Positions 47,031 to 56,452 of a DNA stretch of 64,000 nucleotides are shown here, one piece after another. The notes beneath the pieces were generated by a model. The model was not told the DNA's origin. It did no database searches and was given only the letters and a program-made list of their open reading frames with translations. Source of the stretch: Candidatus Latescibacterota bacterium (GTDB lineage Bacteria; Latescibacterota; UBA2968); contig OZ242195.1 in assembly GCA_965205975.1 (NCBI GenBank), forward strand, positions 2,304,001 to 2,368,000. The letters are read 5' to 3'. Every line of letters begins with the position of its first letter. Position 1 is the stretch's first letter. The position numbers and the translations under genes were made by a program.

Positions 47031-48503
47031 ATGTCTGAACAAATCAACTTGCTTTTTATCTTAACAGACGATCAGGGATATTGGGCGATGGGATGTGCGG
47101 GTAATTCGGAAATTCGCACGCCCAATCTGGATCGACTGGCTGCAACGGGATTGCGCTTTGAGAATTTCTTTTGTGCATCGCCGGTCTGCTCGCCGGCTCG
47201 GGCTTCCATCTTAACGGGCCGCATTCCATCGCAACACGGTGTACAGGATTTTTTGCGGGCAGGCAATTCAAATATCTACGGCGCAGATGATCGAGCTATC
47301 GAATATCTATCGGGACAAACCGCATATACAGATATCCTGTCTGAACGGGGTTATACGTGCGGTTTAAGTGGCAAATGGCATCTGGGCTATTCGGAAAAAC
47401 CGCAGAAAAGTTTTGCGTTTTGGGATGTTCACGCAAGTGGCGCGGGACCGTATTACAATCCCCCGATGATTCGCGATGGCAAAGCGTATCAAACATCGGA
47501 TTATGTGAGCGATCTGATTACAAATAATGCACTGGACTTTTTGGAAAATGCAAATCAACCGTTCTGTTTGAACGTTCACTACACAGCGCCTCATGCACCC
47601 TGGGGACGCGAACACCATCCGCCTGAGTTATTCGAAGATTATTATCAAAACTGTCCTTTTGAATCAACCCCCGATGAACCCATGCATCCGCAGCAGTTGT
47701 CAAAGACGGGATCATCGGGTTCTTTGGGATTTACGGAAGAAGAACGCAGTGAAACACTCAGCGGTTATTTTGCCGCAATGACCGCGATGGACGCCAACGT
47801 GGGCAGATTGCTGGATTGGCTGGAAGCCAATGGACTGCGAGAAAACACACTCATCGCATTTACAAGCGACAACGGGATGAACATGGGACATCACGGGATT
47901 TACGGCAAAGGCAATGGAACATTCCCGCCAAACATGTTCGACACCTCGGTGAAAGTCCCCATGCTCTTTTCGCGTCCAGGTCGCGTTCCCGAAGGCAAAG
48001 TTATTTCCTCACTGCACAGCCATTACGACATCATGCCGACCTTGCTGGACTATCTCAACGTAGAAAACCCCGACTCCAATTCCCTTCCCGGGCGCAGCTT
48101 TTCTGCGTTATTAGAAGGGCGAGAAATAGGTGGCGACGACCGGGTGGTTGTATTTGACGAATACGGTCCCACGCGAATGATCCGCACCGCCGAATGGAAG
48201 TACATCCATCGCTACCCTTATGGTCCTCATGAACTCTACGACCTGGTAAACGACCCAGACGAGCGACAAAACCTGATCGCAGAACAAAAACACCAGCCCA
48301 TTCGAGAATCGCTACAGGCCGATCTGGATGCGTGGTTTGTACGCTATGCCGATCCCGAGCGGGATGGCTCGCGAGAAGCCGTGATGGGCAGAGGACAGTT
48401 GGACATCGTTGGTCCTGCAGCAAAGGGGCGGAAGCGGTTTGGCGATGATGTCGTTTATGAGCGCGATAAAAACGGAGATCTTGACAATGGCAGATCTACT
48501 TGA
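47031..48503 (+). CDS. Sulfatase (paralogue of 37065-38438)
   Basis: CSPARASILTG, GKWHLG, TSDNG; shares DEYG.TRMIRTAEWKY with the other copy. Confidence 0.93.
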   Translation: MSEQINLLFILTDDQGYWAMGCAGNSEIRTPNLDRLAATGLRFENFFCASPVCSPARASILTGRIPSQHGVQDFLRAGNSNIYGADDRAIEYLSGQTAYTDILSERGYTCGLSGKWHLGYSEKPQKSFAFWDVHASGAGPYYNPPMIRDGKAYQTSDYVSDLITNNALDFLENANQPFCLNVHYTAPHAPWGREHHPPELFEDYYQNCPFESTPDEPMHPQQLSKTGSSGSLGFTEEERSETLSGYFAAMTAMDANVGRLLDWLEANGLRENTLIAFTSDNGMNMGHHGIYGKGNGTFPPNMFDTSVKVPMLFSRPGRVPEGKVISSLHSHYDIMPTLLDYLNVENPDSNSLPGRSFSALLEGREIGGDDRVVVFDEYGPTRMIRTAEWKYIHRYPYGPHELYDLVNDPDERQNLIAEQKHQPIRESLQADLDAWFVRYADPERDGSREAVMGRGQLDIVGPAAKGRKRFGDDVVYERDKNGDLDNGRST

Positions 48504-48537
48504 TGAAGACATTCTAAAAAAATAAAATGAGGATAAC

Positions 48538-49641
48538 ATGGCAAATAACACACTCGTAGTAGCTGCCCCCCAGGACGCTGGCATATCATCCGACCAACTC
48601 GAACGGGCCTTTGGCCTGCTCACAACCGCTACAGAAACCGGGCAAATTGGTGCGGCCTCGCTGACAGTTGCGCGGCACGGCAAGGAAGTCTTCGCCCGGG
48701 GATGCGGGCAACAGCACCCTCGCACACGCCAGCCAGTCGATGCGGACTCGATATTTCTCCTCGCCTCAATCACCAAACCCGTTACAGCCTGCGCGCTGAT
48801 GATCCTCGTAGATCGGGGTCTGATCTCACTCAACGACCCGGCCATCGATTATCTACCCGAATACACCGGCGGCGACCGTCCCGCCGTCAAAGTGCGCCAC
48901 TTGCTCTCGCACATATCCGGCATGCCCGACATGCTACCCGAAAACACCAGCTTGCGACAGGCGCATACACCCGTAGCTGGCTTCGTCGAACGGGCACTCC
49001 AGACCCCCTTGCTCTACAAGCCGGGAACCGATTTTTGCTACCAGAGCATGGGCATCCTGCTCGCAGCAGAAATAGTCGAACGAGTCAGCGGGCAGCGATT
49101 GCGCGACTTCGAGCGCGAGGAAATTTTCGCGCCGCTGGGAATGGCGCGAAGCGCATTGGGCATGGGTAATTGGACACTTGAAGACCTGGTATGGTGCGGA
49201 ACGGACGCCGAAGAGGACGAAGAGCAACAGAGTTGGGGGTGGAATTCCCCGTATTGGCGCGACTTTGGGGCACCGTGGGGCGGCATGCACAGCACCGGAC
49301 GCGATCTGGCGATCCTCTTGCAAACCATGCTCAACGGCGGTACTTATGGCGATCGGCGCATCTTCAGCCGCGCCGCAGTCGCGACAATGACGCAAGATCA
49401 AAACGGGGCACTCAATGCACCCTGGGGAATCGGTTGGGGCGTATCCGGAGCGCGGGTATGGGGCTTTTGGGGCGACCTGGTATCGCGGCGAACCTTCGGA
49501 CATACCGGAGCGACCGGCACAGTAGCCTGGGCAGACGCCGAACGTCAGCTCAGTTGCGTCGTACTCACCAATCAGATGGTCGCTGGAGGTAGCCTCCTGC
49601 GACGGGTTTCCAACGCAGTCGCAGCAGCAGTGGAAGAATAG
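48538..49641 (+). CDS. Serine hydrolase, beta-lactamase class C/EstB family
   Basis: SITK (SxxK), LLSHISG, YQS, FGHTG. Confidence 0.88.
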   Translation: MANNTLVVAAPQDAGISSDQLERAFGLLTTATETGQIGAASLTVARHGKEVFARGCGQQHPRTRQPVDADSIFLLASITKPVTACALMILVDRGLISLNDPAIDYLPEYTGGDRPAVKVRHLLSHISGMPDMLPENTSLRQAHTPVAGFVERALQTPLLYKPGTDFCYQSMGILLAAEIVERVSGQRLRDFEREEIFAPLGMARSALGMGNWTLEDLVWCGTDAEEDEEQQSWGWNSPYWRDFGAPWGGMHSTGRDLAILLQTMLNGGTYGDRRIFSRAAVATMTQDQNGALNAPWGIGWGVSGARVWGFWGDLVSRRTFGHTGATGTVAWADAERQLSCVVLTNQMVAGGSLLRRVSNAVAAAVEE

Positions 49642-49668
49642 TTTTCAGCCATACACTAAGGAGACATT

Positions 49669-51390
49669 ATGAATACCGCAGCAAAAACGCGACAGACCAA
49701 ACGCGACCGCGAGCGCATTGCATGGTGGGAAGAAGCGCGGTTTGGCATGTTCATTCACTGGGGCGTGTATGCGATTCCCGCGGGCAAATGGAAAGGCAAA
49801 GCCATAGAGGGCATTGGGGAATGGATTATGCGCCGTGCGGAAATTCCCGCCGCGGAATACGAACAACTCGCCTCACAATTCAATCCAATAAAATTCGACG
49901 CCGATGCGGTTGCCAAACTCGCACGAGATGCGGGTATGAAATACCTCGTAATCACCGCCAAACACCACGACGGCTTTGCCATGTATGACTCCCCGTGCAG
50001 CGACTACGACATCGTCGATGCCACGCCTTATGGCAAAGACATTATGGCAGACCTGTCCAAAGCCTGCCAAAAATACGGCATTCGCCTCTGCTTCTACTAT
50101 TCTCAAGATCAGGACTGGCACGATCCCAACGCCTCTGGAAACAACTGGGATTTTGATCCCGCGACCAAAGATTTCGCCTATTATCTCGAAAACAAAGCCA
50201 AACCCCAGGTGCGCGAGTTGCTCACGCAATACGGACCCATTGGCCTGATATGGTTCGACACTCCCGTCTCCATTTCCCTGGAACAGAGCCAATCCCTCTC
50301 CCGTCTTGTCCACGGTTTGCAACCCGACTGTCTCGTAAGCGGTCGCGTGGGCAATGGCGTGGGGGACTACGGTAGCCTGGGCGACAACCAGATCCCCACC
50401 GGTCGTCTCGAAGGCTATTGGGAGACACCCGCCACCCTCAACGATACCTGGGGCTATAAAACCGATGACCACAACTGGAAAAGCGTAAAAACACTGCTCC
50501 ATCTTCTCGTGGAACTCACCAGCAAAGGCGTCAACTACCTGCTCAACATCGGGCCGCGCGCCGACGGCAGTGTGCCCCAGCCCAGTATCAATCGCCTTCG
50601 CGCCATTGGCGAATGGATGAAAACCAACGGCGAAGCGATCTACGGCACCAAAGCCACGCCATATCCCTATGAATTTCCCTGGGGCGGTATCACGCAAAAA
50701 GACAACCGTCTCTACTTGCTCTTTACCACATGGCCCAGCGAGAATTTCACCCTTCTCGGCCTGCGCAACCGCGTTACAAAAGCGACCTTACTCGCCGACA
50801 AAAGCGCGCACATCGACATCTCTCAAACCCGCGACAGCGATTGTGATATCTTAACATTGCGCCTGCCCGAATGCCCCGATCCAAACGTCTCGGTCGTCGC
50901 CCTCGAACTCGATGGCGCACCCGATGTCGATCAAACCGCCCTCCAGCAAACCGACGGCTCTATCACCATGATCGCCAGCATGGCGAACTTGCACACGCCC
51001 GAATCGGGAACGCAAATTCGCATTGGCGAAAGCGGCGTTATCGAAGACTGGTTTGACACATCCAACTGGATCGATTGCGACTTCAAAGTTTCTGAACCCG
51101 GCACGTTTGAAGTCCGCGTTCACACCAGCGCACTTCGCCGCGCTCGCGAATGGACAGGCGGCCATGAAGTGCGCGTTGATATTGCGGGCAAAACATTCCG
51201 CAAAACCATCACACCCGACGCCTGGAGCGACAGCCCCAAAGCGCAGTATTTTCCCGAAGCCGCAACCATTATCGGCCCGATCCAGCTCGACGAACCCGGC
51301 CTTTACACCATCGAAGTCCGCGCTGAATCTATCAACGAAAAATCTCAGGCTGGATTGTCTATCTCAGCCATTTCCCTGATGTGCGAATAG
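49669..51390 (+). CDS. Alpha-L-fucosidase (GH29)
   Basis: RFGMFIHWG, TAKHHDGF, IWFD, LLNIGP, NGEAIYGT. Confidence 0.92.
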   Translation: MNTAAKTRQTKRDRERIAWWEEARFGMFIHWGVYAIPAGKWKGKAIEGIGEWIMRRAEIPAAEYEQLASQFNPIKFDADAVAKLARDAGMKYLVITAKHHDGFAMYDSPCSDYDIVDATPYGKDIMADLSKACQKYGIRLCFYYSQDQDWHDPNASGNNWDFDPATKDFAYYLENKAKPQVRELLTQYGPIGLIWFDTPVSISLEQSQSLSRLVHGLQPDCLVSGRVGNGVGDYGSLGDNQIPTGRLEGYWETPATLNDTWGYKTDDHNWKSVKTLLHLLVELTSKGVNYLLNIGPRADGSVPQPSINRLRAIGEWMKTNGEAIYGTKATPYPYEFPWGGITQKDNRLYLLFTTWPSENFTLLGLRNRVTKATLLADKSAHIDISQTRDSDCDILTLRLPECPDPNVSVVALELDGAPDVDQTALQQTDGSITMIASMANLHTPESGTQIRIGESGVIEDWFDTSNWIDCDFKVSEPGTFEVRVHTSALRRAREWTGGHEVRVDIAGKTFRKTITPDAWSDSPKAQYFPEAATIIGPIQLDEPGLYTIEVRAESINEKSQAGLSISAISLMCE

Positions 51391-51467
51391 ACGAATAGAC
51401 GAACCCCGCCCAACCACCCAAAGTTGTTACAAACTCCGTCGCTGATTCGTCGATTCGCTGATTCGTT
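51384..51467. repeat. Facing 8-bp tandem arrays
   Basis: (CGAATAGA)x2.5 at 51384-51403 and GATTCGTC/GATTCGCT/GATTCGTT at 51444-51467. Confidence 0.7.
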
Positions 51468-51497
51468 GATGAACTGCTGACGCAGTTGTACACCGCT
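51467..51497 (-). repeat. Dispersed hairpin motif, copy B
   Basis: Minus strand AGCGGTGTACAACTGC-GTCA-GCAGTTCATCA. Confidence 0.8.
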
Positions 51498-51524
51498 CCG
51501 TTGATTTTTTAACAGGAGGATCCC

Positions 51525-52541
51525 ATGCCACTGGAAGTATGTGCCCTATCGCCCGAAAAGATGGAACTGCGGGAATACGAGGTACCAAAAGTTGGAAAAG
51601 GACAGATGAAAGTGCAGAGCCTGTACGCTGCTGCCAAGCACGGAACCGAGCTATCGGGCATAAAAGGTGACAGCGCAAAACGCGGACCTTATGATCCGGA
51701 ACTCCAGGTATTTCCAAACACGGGCAAAGGGCGGTCGTCCCGGACGGGCAATATGTTTATAGGCACTGTAATCAGCGAGGGCGTAGATGGGTTCTCAGAA
51801 GGCGACGTAGTGCTGAGCTACGGACCATTTCGAGAAGTTCATGTCATCTCGACAGAACGGTGCTGGAAAGTACCAGAGGGGTTTTCGTGGAAATCCGCAG
51901 TCTGTTTGGACCCGGCGGATTTTGCCATGTGTGCGATCAGAGATGGACAGGTAAGAGTCGGAGACGCAGTCGCCGTATTTGGAATGGGAGCCATTGGCCT
52001 GATGGTCGTACAAATCGCCAAACTATCCGGGGCATATCCAATCATCGCGGTCGATCCATTGGAAAACCGCAAAAAAGTAGCCCAAATCTGCGGTGCCGAT
52101 CTGATCCTTGACCCCACAACCTGTGATGCAGGCGTGGAAATCAAAAAAGCAACCGGGAACCGGGGAGTAGATGTAGCAATTGACTACAGCGCCAATGTAC
52201 ACGCTCTACAAGCTGCCATACGCGGCGTGGCATTTGGGGGCAATGTAGTGGCCGGCGCTGCGCCAGCACCTTATGGCCCCGGACTGGATCTCGGCGCAGA
52301 AGCGCATTACAACCGCCCCAATCTCATATTTTCGCGGTCCTGCAGCGACCCCAACCGGGAATATCCCCGATGGGACGAAAAACGCGTTTACGCCACCTGC
52401 TGGCGGCTACTCACCGAGGGAAAGCTGACAGGCGAACCCATTGTAACGCCCGTAGTCGCTTTTGAAGACATCGTCACAGAATATCCAAAAATTACCAGCA
52501 ATCCCGAGCAGAATATCAAATTAGGAGCTTATTTTAAATAG
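51525..52541 (+). CDS. Medium-chain (zinc-binding family) dehydrogenase
   Basis: HGTE, VFGMGAIG Rossmann motif, GVDVAID. Confidence 0.85.
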   Translation: MPLEVCALSPEKMELREYEVPKVGKGQMKVQSLYAAAKHGTELSGIKGDSAKRGPYDPELQVFPNTGKGRSSRTGNMFIGTVISEGVDGFSEGDVVLSYGPFREVHVISTERCWKVPEGFSWKSAVCLDPADFAMCAIRDGQVRVGDAVAVFGMGAIGLMVVQIAKLSGAYPIIAVDPLENRKKVAQICGADLILDPTTCDAGVEIKKATGNRGVDVAIDYSANVHALQAAIRGVAFGGNVVAGAAPAPYGPGLDLGAEAHYNRPNLIFSRSCSDPNREYPRWDEKRVYATCWRLLTEGKLTGEPIVTPVVAFEDIVTEYPKITSNPEQNIKLGAYFK

Positions 52542-52634
52542 CTCCCAAGCTTTTTTGCCATCTCGTAAGCAGACTTAGAGCAGATATGCTACGCGCTGTT
52601 CGAGGATTTGACCCGCCAAGACAGAACCCAACAC

Positions 52635-52669
52635 AAAACAGCCATCCAATGTGGATGGCTGTTTTCTTT
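52635..52669. terminator. Bidirectional terminator
   Basis: AAAACAGCCATCCA-ATG-TGGATGGCTGTTTT between convergent genes. Confidence 0.8.
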
Positions 52670-52730
52670 ATACGTATTTGTGAATTGAACCACTATTCGT
52701 CAGCATGCCCTGTCGCCCACTGTCCGCGTC

Positions 52731-53663
52731 TCATTCTTCGTAATAACGTTGCGTGACCGCCTTTGCGGCTTCGTCAAGACCGGGGGAAAGACTCTCGCGG
52801 GTGATGTTTAGAAGGCTTAGATCGTTCATAATGTCCCGCTTGTTCGCATCCTGCACCGTCAACATGTAATGGTCGTAAACTGTAAACTCTGCGTTCCAGT
52901 TCAGGATTTCATCGCGCTCGAATCGCTCGTGAAATGCCGAAATGAGAAAGGCACCAGATTGTGCCCTGATGCGCTCAAAAGACTGCTGCGGCTCAACGAT
53001 AAAAACGCGAAATATATCTCTGAGAGCAATTTCCTCCAGAAAATACGGTTTCTCGTGTCGAATAAAATGGTAGAGACGCCTCATAATTTCGGAGTGTTCG
53101 CCTTCGAAACTCAAGCTGTTGCCCTCACCAGTATCTTCCTCTGTTATGCCCAATAACCGGTTTTGCTCGCCATAACGGAGTTTTGCGAAATTGGCGATGA
53201 CGCTGATCGTGTCGCTGTTGAACGGCTTGATCATATCCTTCGGCACTGCGAAGATATGCAGACGACCATCCTTGCTGTTAGCGTCGTATTTCTCGCAAGC
53301 ATTGAACAGAGCGACGAGTGGGTTTCGAGTTATATCGAGGAGGCGTGTTTTAAGCCCGTGATGCTGCGCGAGCACCCATTGCTCAATCGCCGAGTTCAAA
53401 CCCCTAAACGCCTCCGGCTGACGTGCCATAAGATCAAGTAGCATCTCGCCCTCCGAGGCACGAAGTGTAGATTTATCCTCTGTTGTATTCCGCATTATAG
53501 AGGGTCGAAGTTCCCAAGAGTCGCAACATTCTCCCCGAAAATAAAGCTGATCATCATGATGTTTGTTTTGCAGATCGCGACACGTTTTCAACAAATTCTC
53601 AATGCTTTTGATCTTCGTGTCATCATTCCCCTGATCTATTCCAGTGTTTGGGGATTCACCCAT
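52731..53663 (-). CDS. FRG domain protein (possibly the distal half of a frameshifted fusion)
   Basis: YFRGE...LRPS, AQHHGLKTRLLDITRNPLVALFNAC, RIRAQSGAF. Confidence 0.85.
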   Translation of the reverse strand: MGESPNTGIDQGNDDTKIKSIENLLKTCRDLQNKHHDDQLYFRGECCDSWELRPSIMRNTTEDKSTLRASEGEMLLDLMARQPEAFRGLNSAIEQWVLAQHHGLKTRLLDITRNPLVALFNACEKYDANSKDGRLHIFAVPKDMIKPFNSDTISVIANFAKLRYGEQNRLLGITEEDTGEGNSLSFEGEHSEIMRRLYHFIRHEKPYFLEEIALRDIFRVFIVEPQQSFERIRAQSGAFLISAFHERFERDEILNWNAEFTVYDHYMLTVQDANKRDIMNDLSLLNITRESLSPGLDEAAKAVTQRYYEE

Positions 53664-54249
53664 ACAGTCTCGCTTTCCATGGCTGTGATCGCGTGAAATT
53701 TGTGCCTATGAGGTTGGCTGTGCGAAGGTCGGCATTGGAAAGATCCGCATTGGAAAGATCCGCATTGGAAAGATCCGCATTGGAAAGATCCGCATTGGAA
53801 AGATCCACGCCCGTCAGGCAGGCATTGGAAAGATCTACACCTGTTAGGCAGGCATTGGAAAGGTCGGTGCTGGAGAGGTTGGCACTGGAAAGAGCGGCAC
53901 CAGAGAGGTCGGCACCAGAGAGGTCGGCGTTGCCAAGATAGGCACCAGTCAAGCTGGGCGTCTCCCAGGGCCGCGCTCGGAAGATTTTGCCTCCGGTGAA
54001 ACTGGCCCTACTGGGATAGACATCAGACAAATCGGCACTGATCGGGTCGGCTTTAGAAGGGTCGGCACAGGAACTGAGATTGATCCCAGAGAGAGGAATT
54101 TGCCCATTGCTGTCGAGCTTTCCCGCCTCCTGAAATTTTTTGTAGAGATTCACGCCCGCAAGATTTGGCACAAAATCTTCGCGCTCGCGTCTTTTGTTCC
54201 AAGCCTCAACGCCTTCGAGAAGCCATTGAATGTGTTGTGTATTCGCCAT
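53656..54249 (-). CDS. Pentapeptide repeat protein
   Basis: MANTQHIQWLLEGVEAWN.RR cap and A(D/N)LSx repeats; RBS GAGGAG. Confidence 0.85.
   Translation of the reverse strand: MANTQHIQWLLEGVEAWNKRREREDFVPNLAGVNLYKKFQEAGKLDSNGQIPLSGINLSSCADPSKADPISADLSDVYPSRASFTGGKIFRARPWETPSLTGAYLGNADLSGADLSGAALSSANLSSTDLSNACLTGVDLSNACLTGVDLSNADLSNADLSNADLSNADLSNADLRTANLIGTNFTRSQPWKARLYG
53732..53806. repeat. Perfect 15-bp tandem repeat x5
   Basis: (GCATTGGAAAGATCC)x5, with near copies at 53822 and 53852. Confidence 0.95.
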
Positions 54250-54473
54250 ATCTCTTTCTCCTCTATATCCCAAAATTCATCCGTTTAATCGTTTCAGATC
54301 AATATAGCCAACATCATATCATCGTGCAAGGTCGCCGCTTTATTTCGGACGGATTTGAGATCATTGTTCGGAGCAAAGTCAAACAAATCAAAAGGGCCAG
54401 AGTCGTTTGACTACTGACCGCTCGCTACCCATTTCTTATGCGCCTATGCTACGGCATCTGACCTGCGGGTTTT

Positions 54474-54505
54474 ATCCTGATCATCCTTTCATCCTGTAAA
54501 TCCTG
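54474..54505. repeat. 8-9-bp ATCCT tandem array
   Basis: ATCCTG(54474), ATCCTT(54483), ATCCTG(54491), ATCCTG(54500). Confidence 0.7.
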
Positions 54506-54542
54506 ATGAACTGGTCTGAAAATCGACCAGTTGTACACCGCT
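54504..54542 (-). repeat. Dispersed hairpin motif, copy C
   Basis: Minus strand AGCGGTGTACAACTGGTC-GATTTTCA-GACCAGTTCATCA. Confidence 0.8.
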
Positions 54543-54556
54543 TCCGACCATGTTTC

Positions 54557-56452
54557 TCACCCCAACACCCGCACATCCCCTTGCCGGATGGTTATACCCC
54601 GGGTATCAAAATAATTCAACAGCGGCACGGCAAATTTGCGCGTGGTGCCGATCAGACTGCGAAAAGTCGATACATCGATCTCTTCATTTTCTTTTAAATA
54701 ATCGACCAATTGCCGCATCACATCTTCCAGCACCTCGGGGTGAAAGAGCAACGTATCTTCCAGGCGCACCAGACCGCCCATTGCCTGCATCGCCGACACC
54801 ACATCGTGCACAGATCTCGCGTTGAACTGGATAGCATCGGGCAACGTCTTCAAGTCCTCAGGCATCGTCCCCCCATCTTTTAGCACCCGCGCAACAGCAT
54901 CGCGAATCTTCTCTTGTTCGGGCGTCAACGCAATTTTGTAATCGCGCAACCCAATCAGCGCGCTTTCGCTCCTTAAAACACCTTCACGGACGAGATGTTC
55001 AACACCCTGCACAAACAAATCGTCCGAAGGTGCTCCCTTCACCAATGCGCGAAGCTCCTCGCGTCGCGCACCTATCCGAAGGGGATGCGCCTCGTGAAAA
55101 ACCTGCACTGCATCGCCAATCCCGTCCAGCAATTCAAGCCAGCACATCGCATGGACATACATCGTTTTACCCGCCTGTACATAAGAAACCACATCGCTCG
55201 AATCTACAAGCGCCATTAACTGGCTCTCGATCTCGCTCACAGACACCGCCATTTCAGATGCGAGTTGAAGCGCGGTTCGCGGTTGCAATCGCGCGGCCTT
55301 TAAGCGCGTCAACAAAACCCGTGTGGGATCATCCTGCTCCAATTCTCGCAGTGCGTCATTGACATCGTCCCGAAACCGCCTATGCTTCACAGGTTGCGGA
55401 TCCAGCACCACACCACCGCCCAGCGTTTGCACCGGTGAATACCGCCGAATCACAAACCGATCGCCCCGCGCGGCAACACCCGGTTCCTCCAGACGCAACT
55501 GCACCAGTTGCGACTCCCCCGGCAACAATGTCTCACCTTCGAGCAACACCACACGGGCCAAAACCTCTCGCGGTCCCATCAGCAAATGCACGCGCGTGCG
55601 ATTTGTCACATGCGCGGGTACATCGGGTAACATGTGCAATCGCGCATCGATCATATACGTCGTCTCAAAATACCCCGGTTGTGCCAGAAGATCGCCCCTC
55701 GACACCTCATCTACTTCGACCCCGCTTATATTAATAGCCGCACGCGCGCCCACCTGTGCCACATCTACATCCCGCCCATGCGTTTGCACGCCGCGCACGC
55801 GAACCCCTTTGCCCGACGGCAACAGCGACAATGCGTCTCGCACGCGCACATCACCCGAAATCACAGTGCCAGTCACCACAGTCCCAAACCCCTGCACAGA
55901 AAAAGCGCGATCAACGGGCAAGCGAAAAATACCCTGATCTGGCCGCGCCTCAACCCTTGCGACCTCCGCCTCAACCGCCGAACGCAACGCATCAATCCCC
56001 TCACCCGTAATCGACGATACGGGCACAATCGACGCATCCTCCAAAAATGTCTCGGCAAACACCTCCTGTAATTCCTCTTCAACCAACTCCAGCCACTCTT
56101 CTTCTACCAGATCGACTTTAGTCAACACCACAATGCCGCGGGGCACACCTAAAAGATTCAAAATACCCAGATGCTCGCGCGTCTGCGGCATCACCCCATC
56201 GTCGGCAGCCACCACAAAAAGTGCCAGATCAACCGTACACACACCCGTCACCATATTCTTGACAAAGCGCTCGTGCCCGGGCACATCGATAATGGTCACA
56301 TTATCTTTCCAATACGCAAAGCCAATATCAATCGTCACGCCGCGATCGCGCTCCTCGGGCAAAGTATCGGTCTCAATACCCGTCAATGCCTTGACCAGCG
56401 CCGTCTTGCCGTGATCGATATGCCCGGCCGTTCCAATAATTACATGCGCCAT
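54557..56452 (-). CDS. selB: Selenocysteine-specific elongation factor
   Basis: GTAGHIDHGKT, EE..RG.TIDIGFA, DVPGHERF, C-terminal winged helix TRKFAVPLLNYFD. Confidence 0.96.
   Translation of the reverse strand: MAHVIIGTAGHIDHGKTALVKALTGIETDTLPEERDRGVTIDIGFAYWKDNVTIIDVPGHERFVKNMVTGVCTVDLALFVVAADDGVMPQTREHLGILNLLGVPRGIVVLTKVDLVEEEWLELVEEELQEVFAETFLEDASIVPVSSITGEGIDALRSAVEAEVARVEARPDQGIFRLPVDRAFSVQGFGTVVTGTVISGDVRVRDALSLLPSGKGVRVRGVQTHGRDVDVAQVGARAAINISGVEVDEVSRGDLLAQPGYFETTYMIDARLHMLPDVPAHVTNRTRVHLLMGPREVLARVVLLEGETLLPGESQLVQLRLEEPGVAARGDRFVIRRYSPVQTLGGGVVLDPQPVKHRRFRDDVNDALRELEQDDPTRVLLTRLKAARLQPRTALQLASEMAVSVSEIESQLMALVDSSDVVSYVQAGKTMYVHAMCWLELLDGIGDAVQVFHEAHPLRIGARREELRALVKGAPSDDLFVQGVEHLVREGVLRSESALIGLRDYKIALTPEQEKIRDAVARVLKDGGTMPEDLKTLPDAIQFNARSVHDVVSAMQAMGGLVRLEDTLLFHPEVLEDVMRQLVDYLKENEEIDVSTFRSLIGTTRKFAVPLLNYFDTRGITIRQGDVRVLG

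Noticed and set aside
53648..53941. Plus-strand (ALERS)n ORF
   Set aside because: Antisense reading of the pentapeptide repeat
52585..54453. TATGCTACG 9-bp direct repeat flanking the FRG/pentapeptide genes as a target-site duplication
   Set aside because: A 9-mer match between two intergenic regions of this size is plausible by chance; no transposase or terminal inverted repeats
54503..54540. Hammerhead ribozyme (CTGATGA followed by a stem)
   Set aside because: No GAAA after the stem, and the sister copies lack CTGATGA
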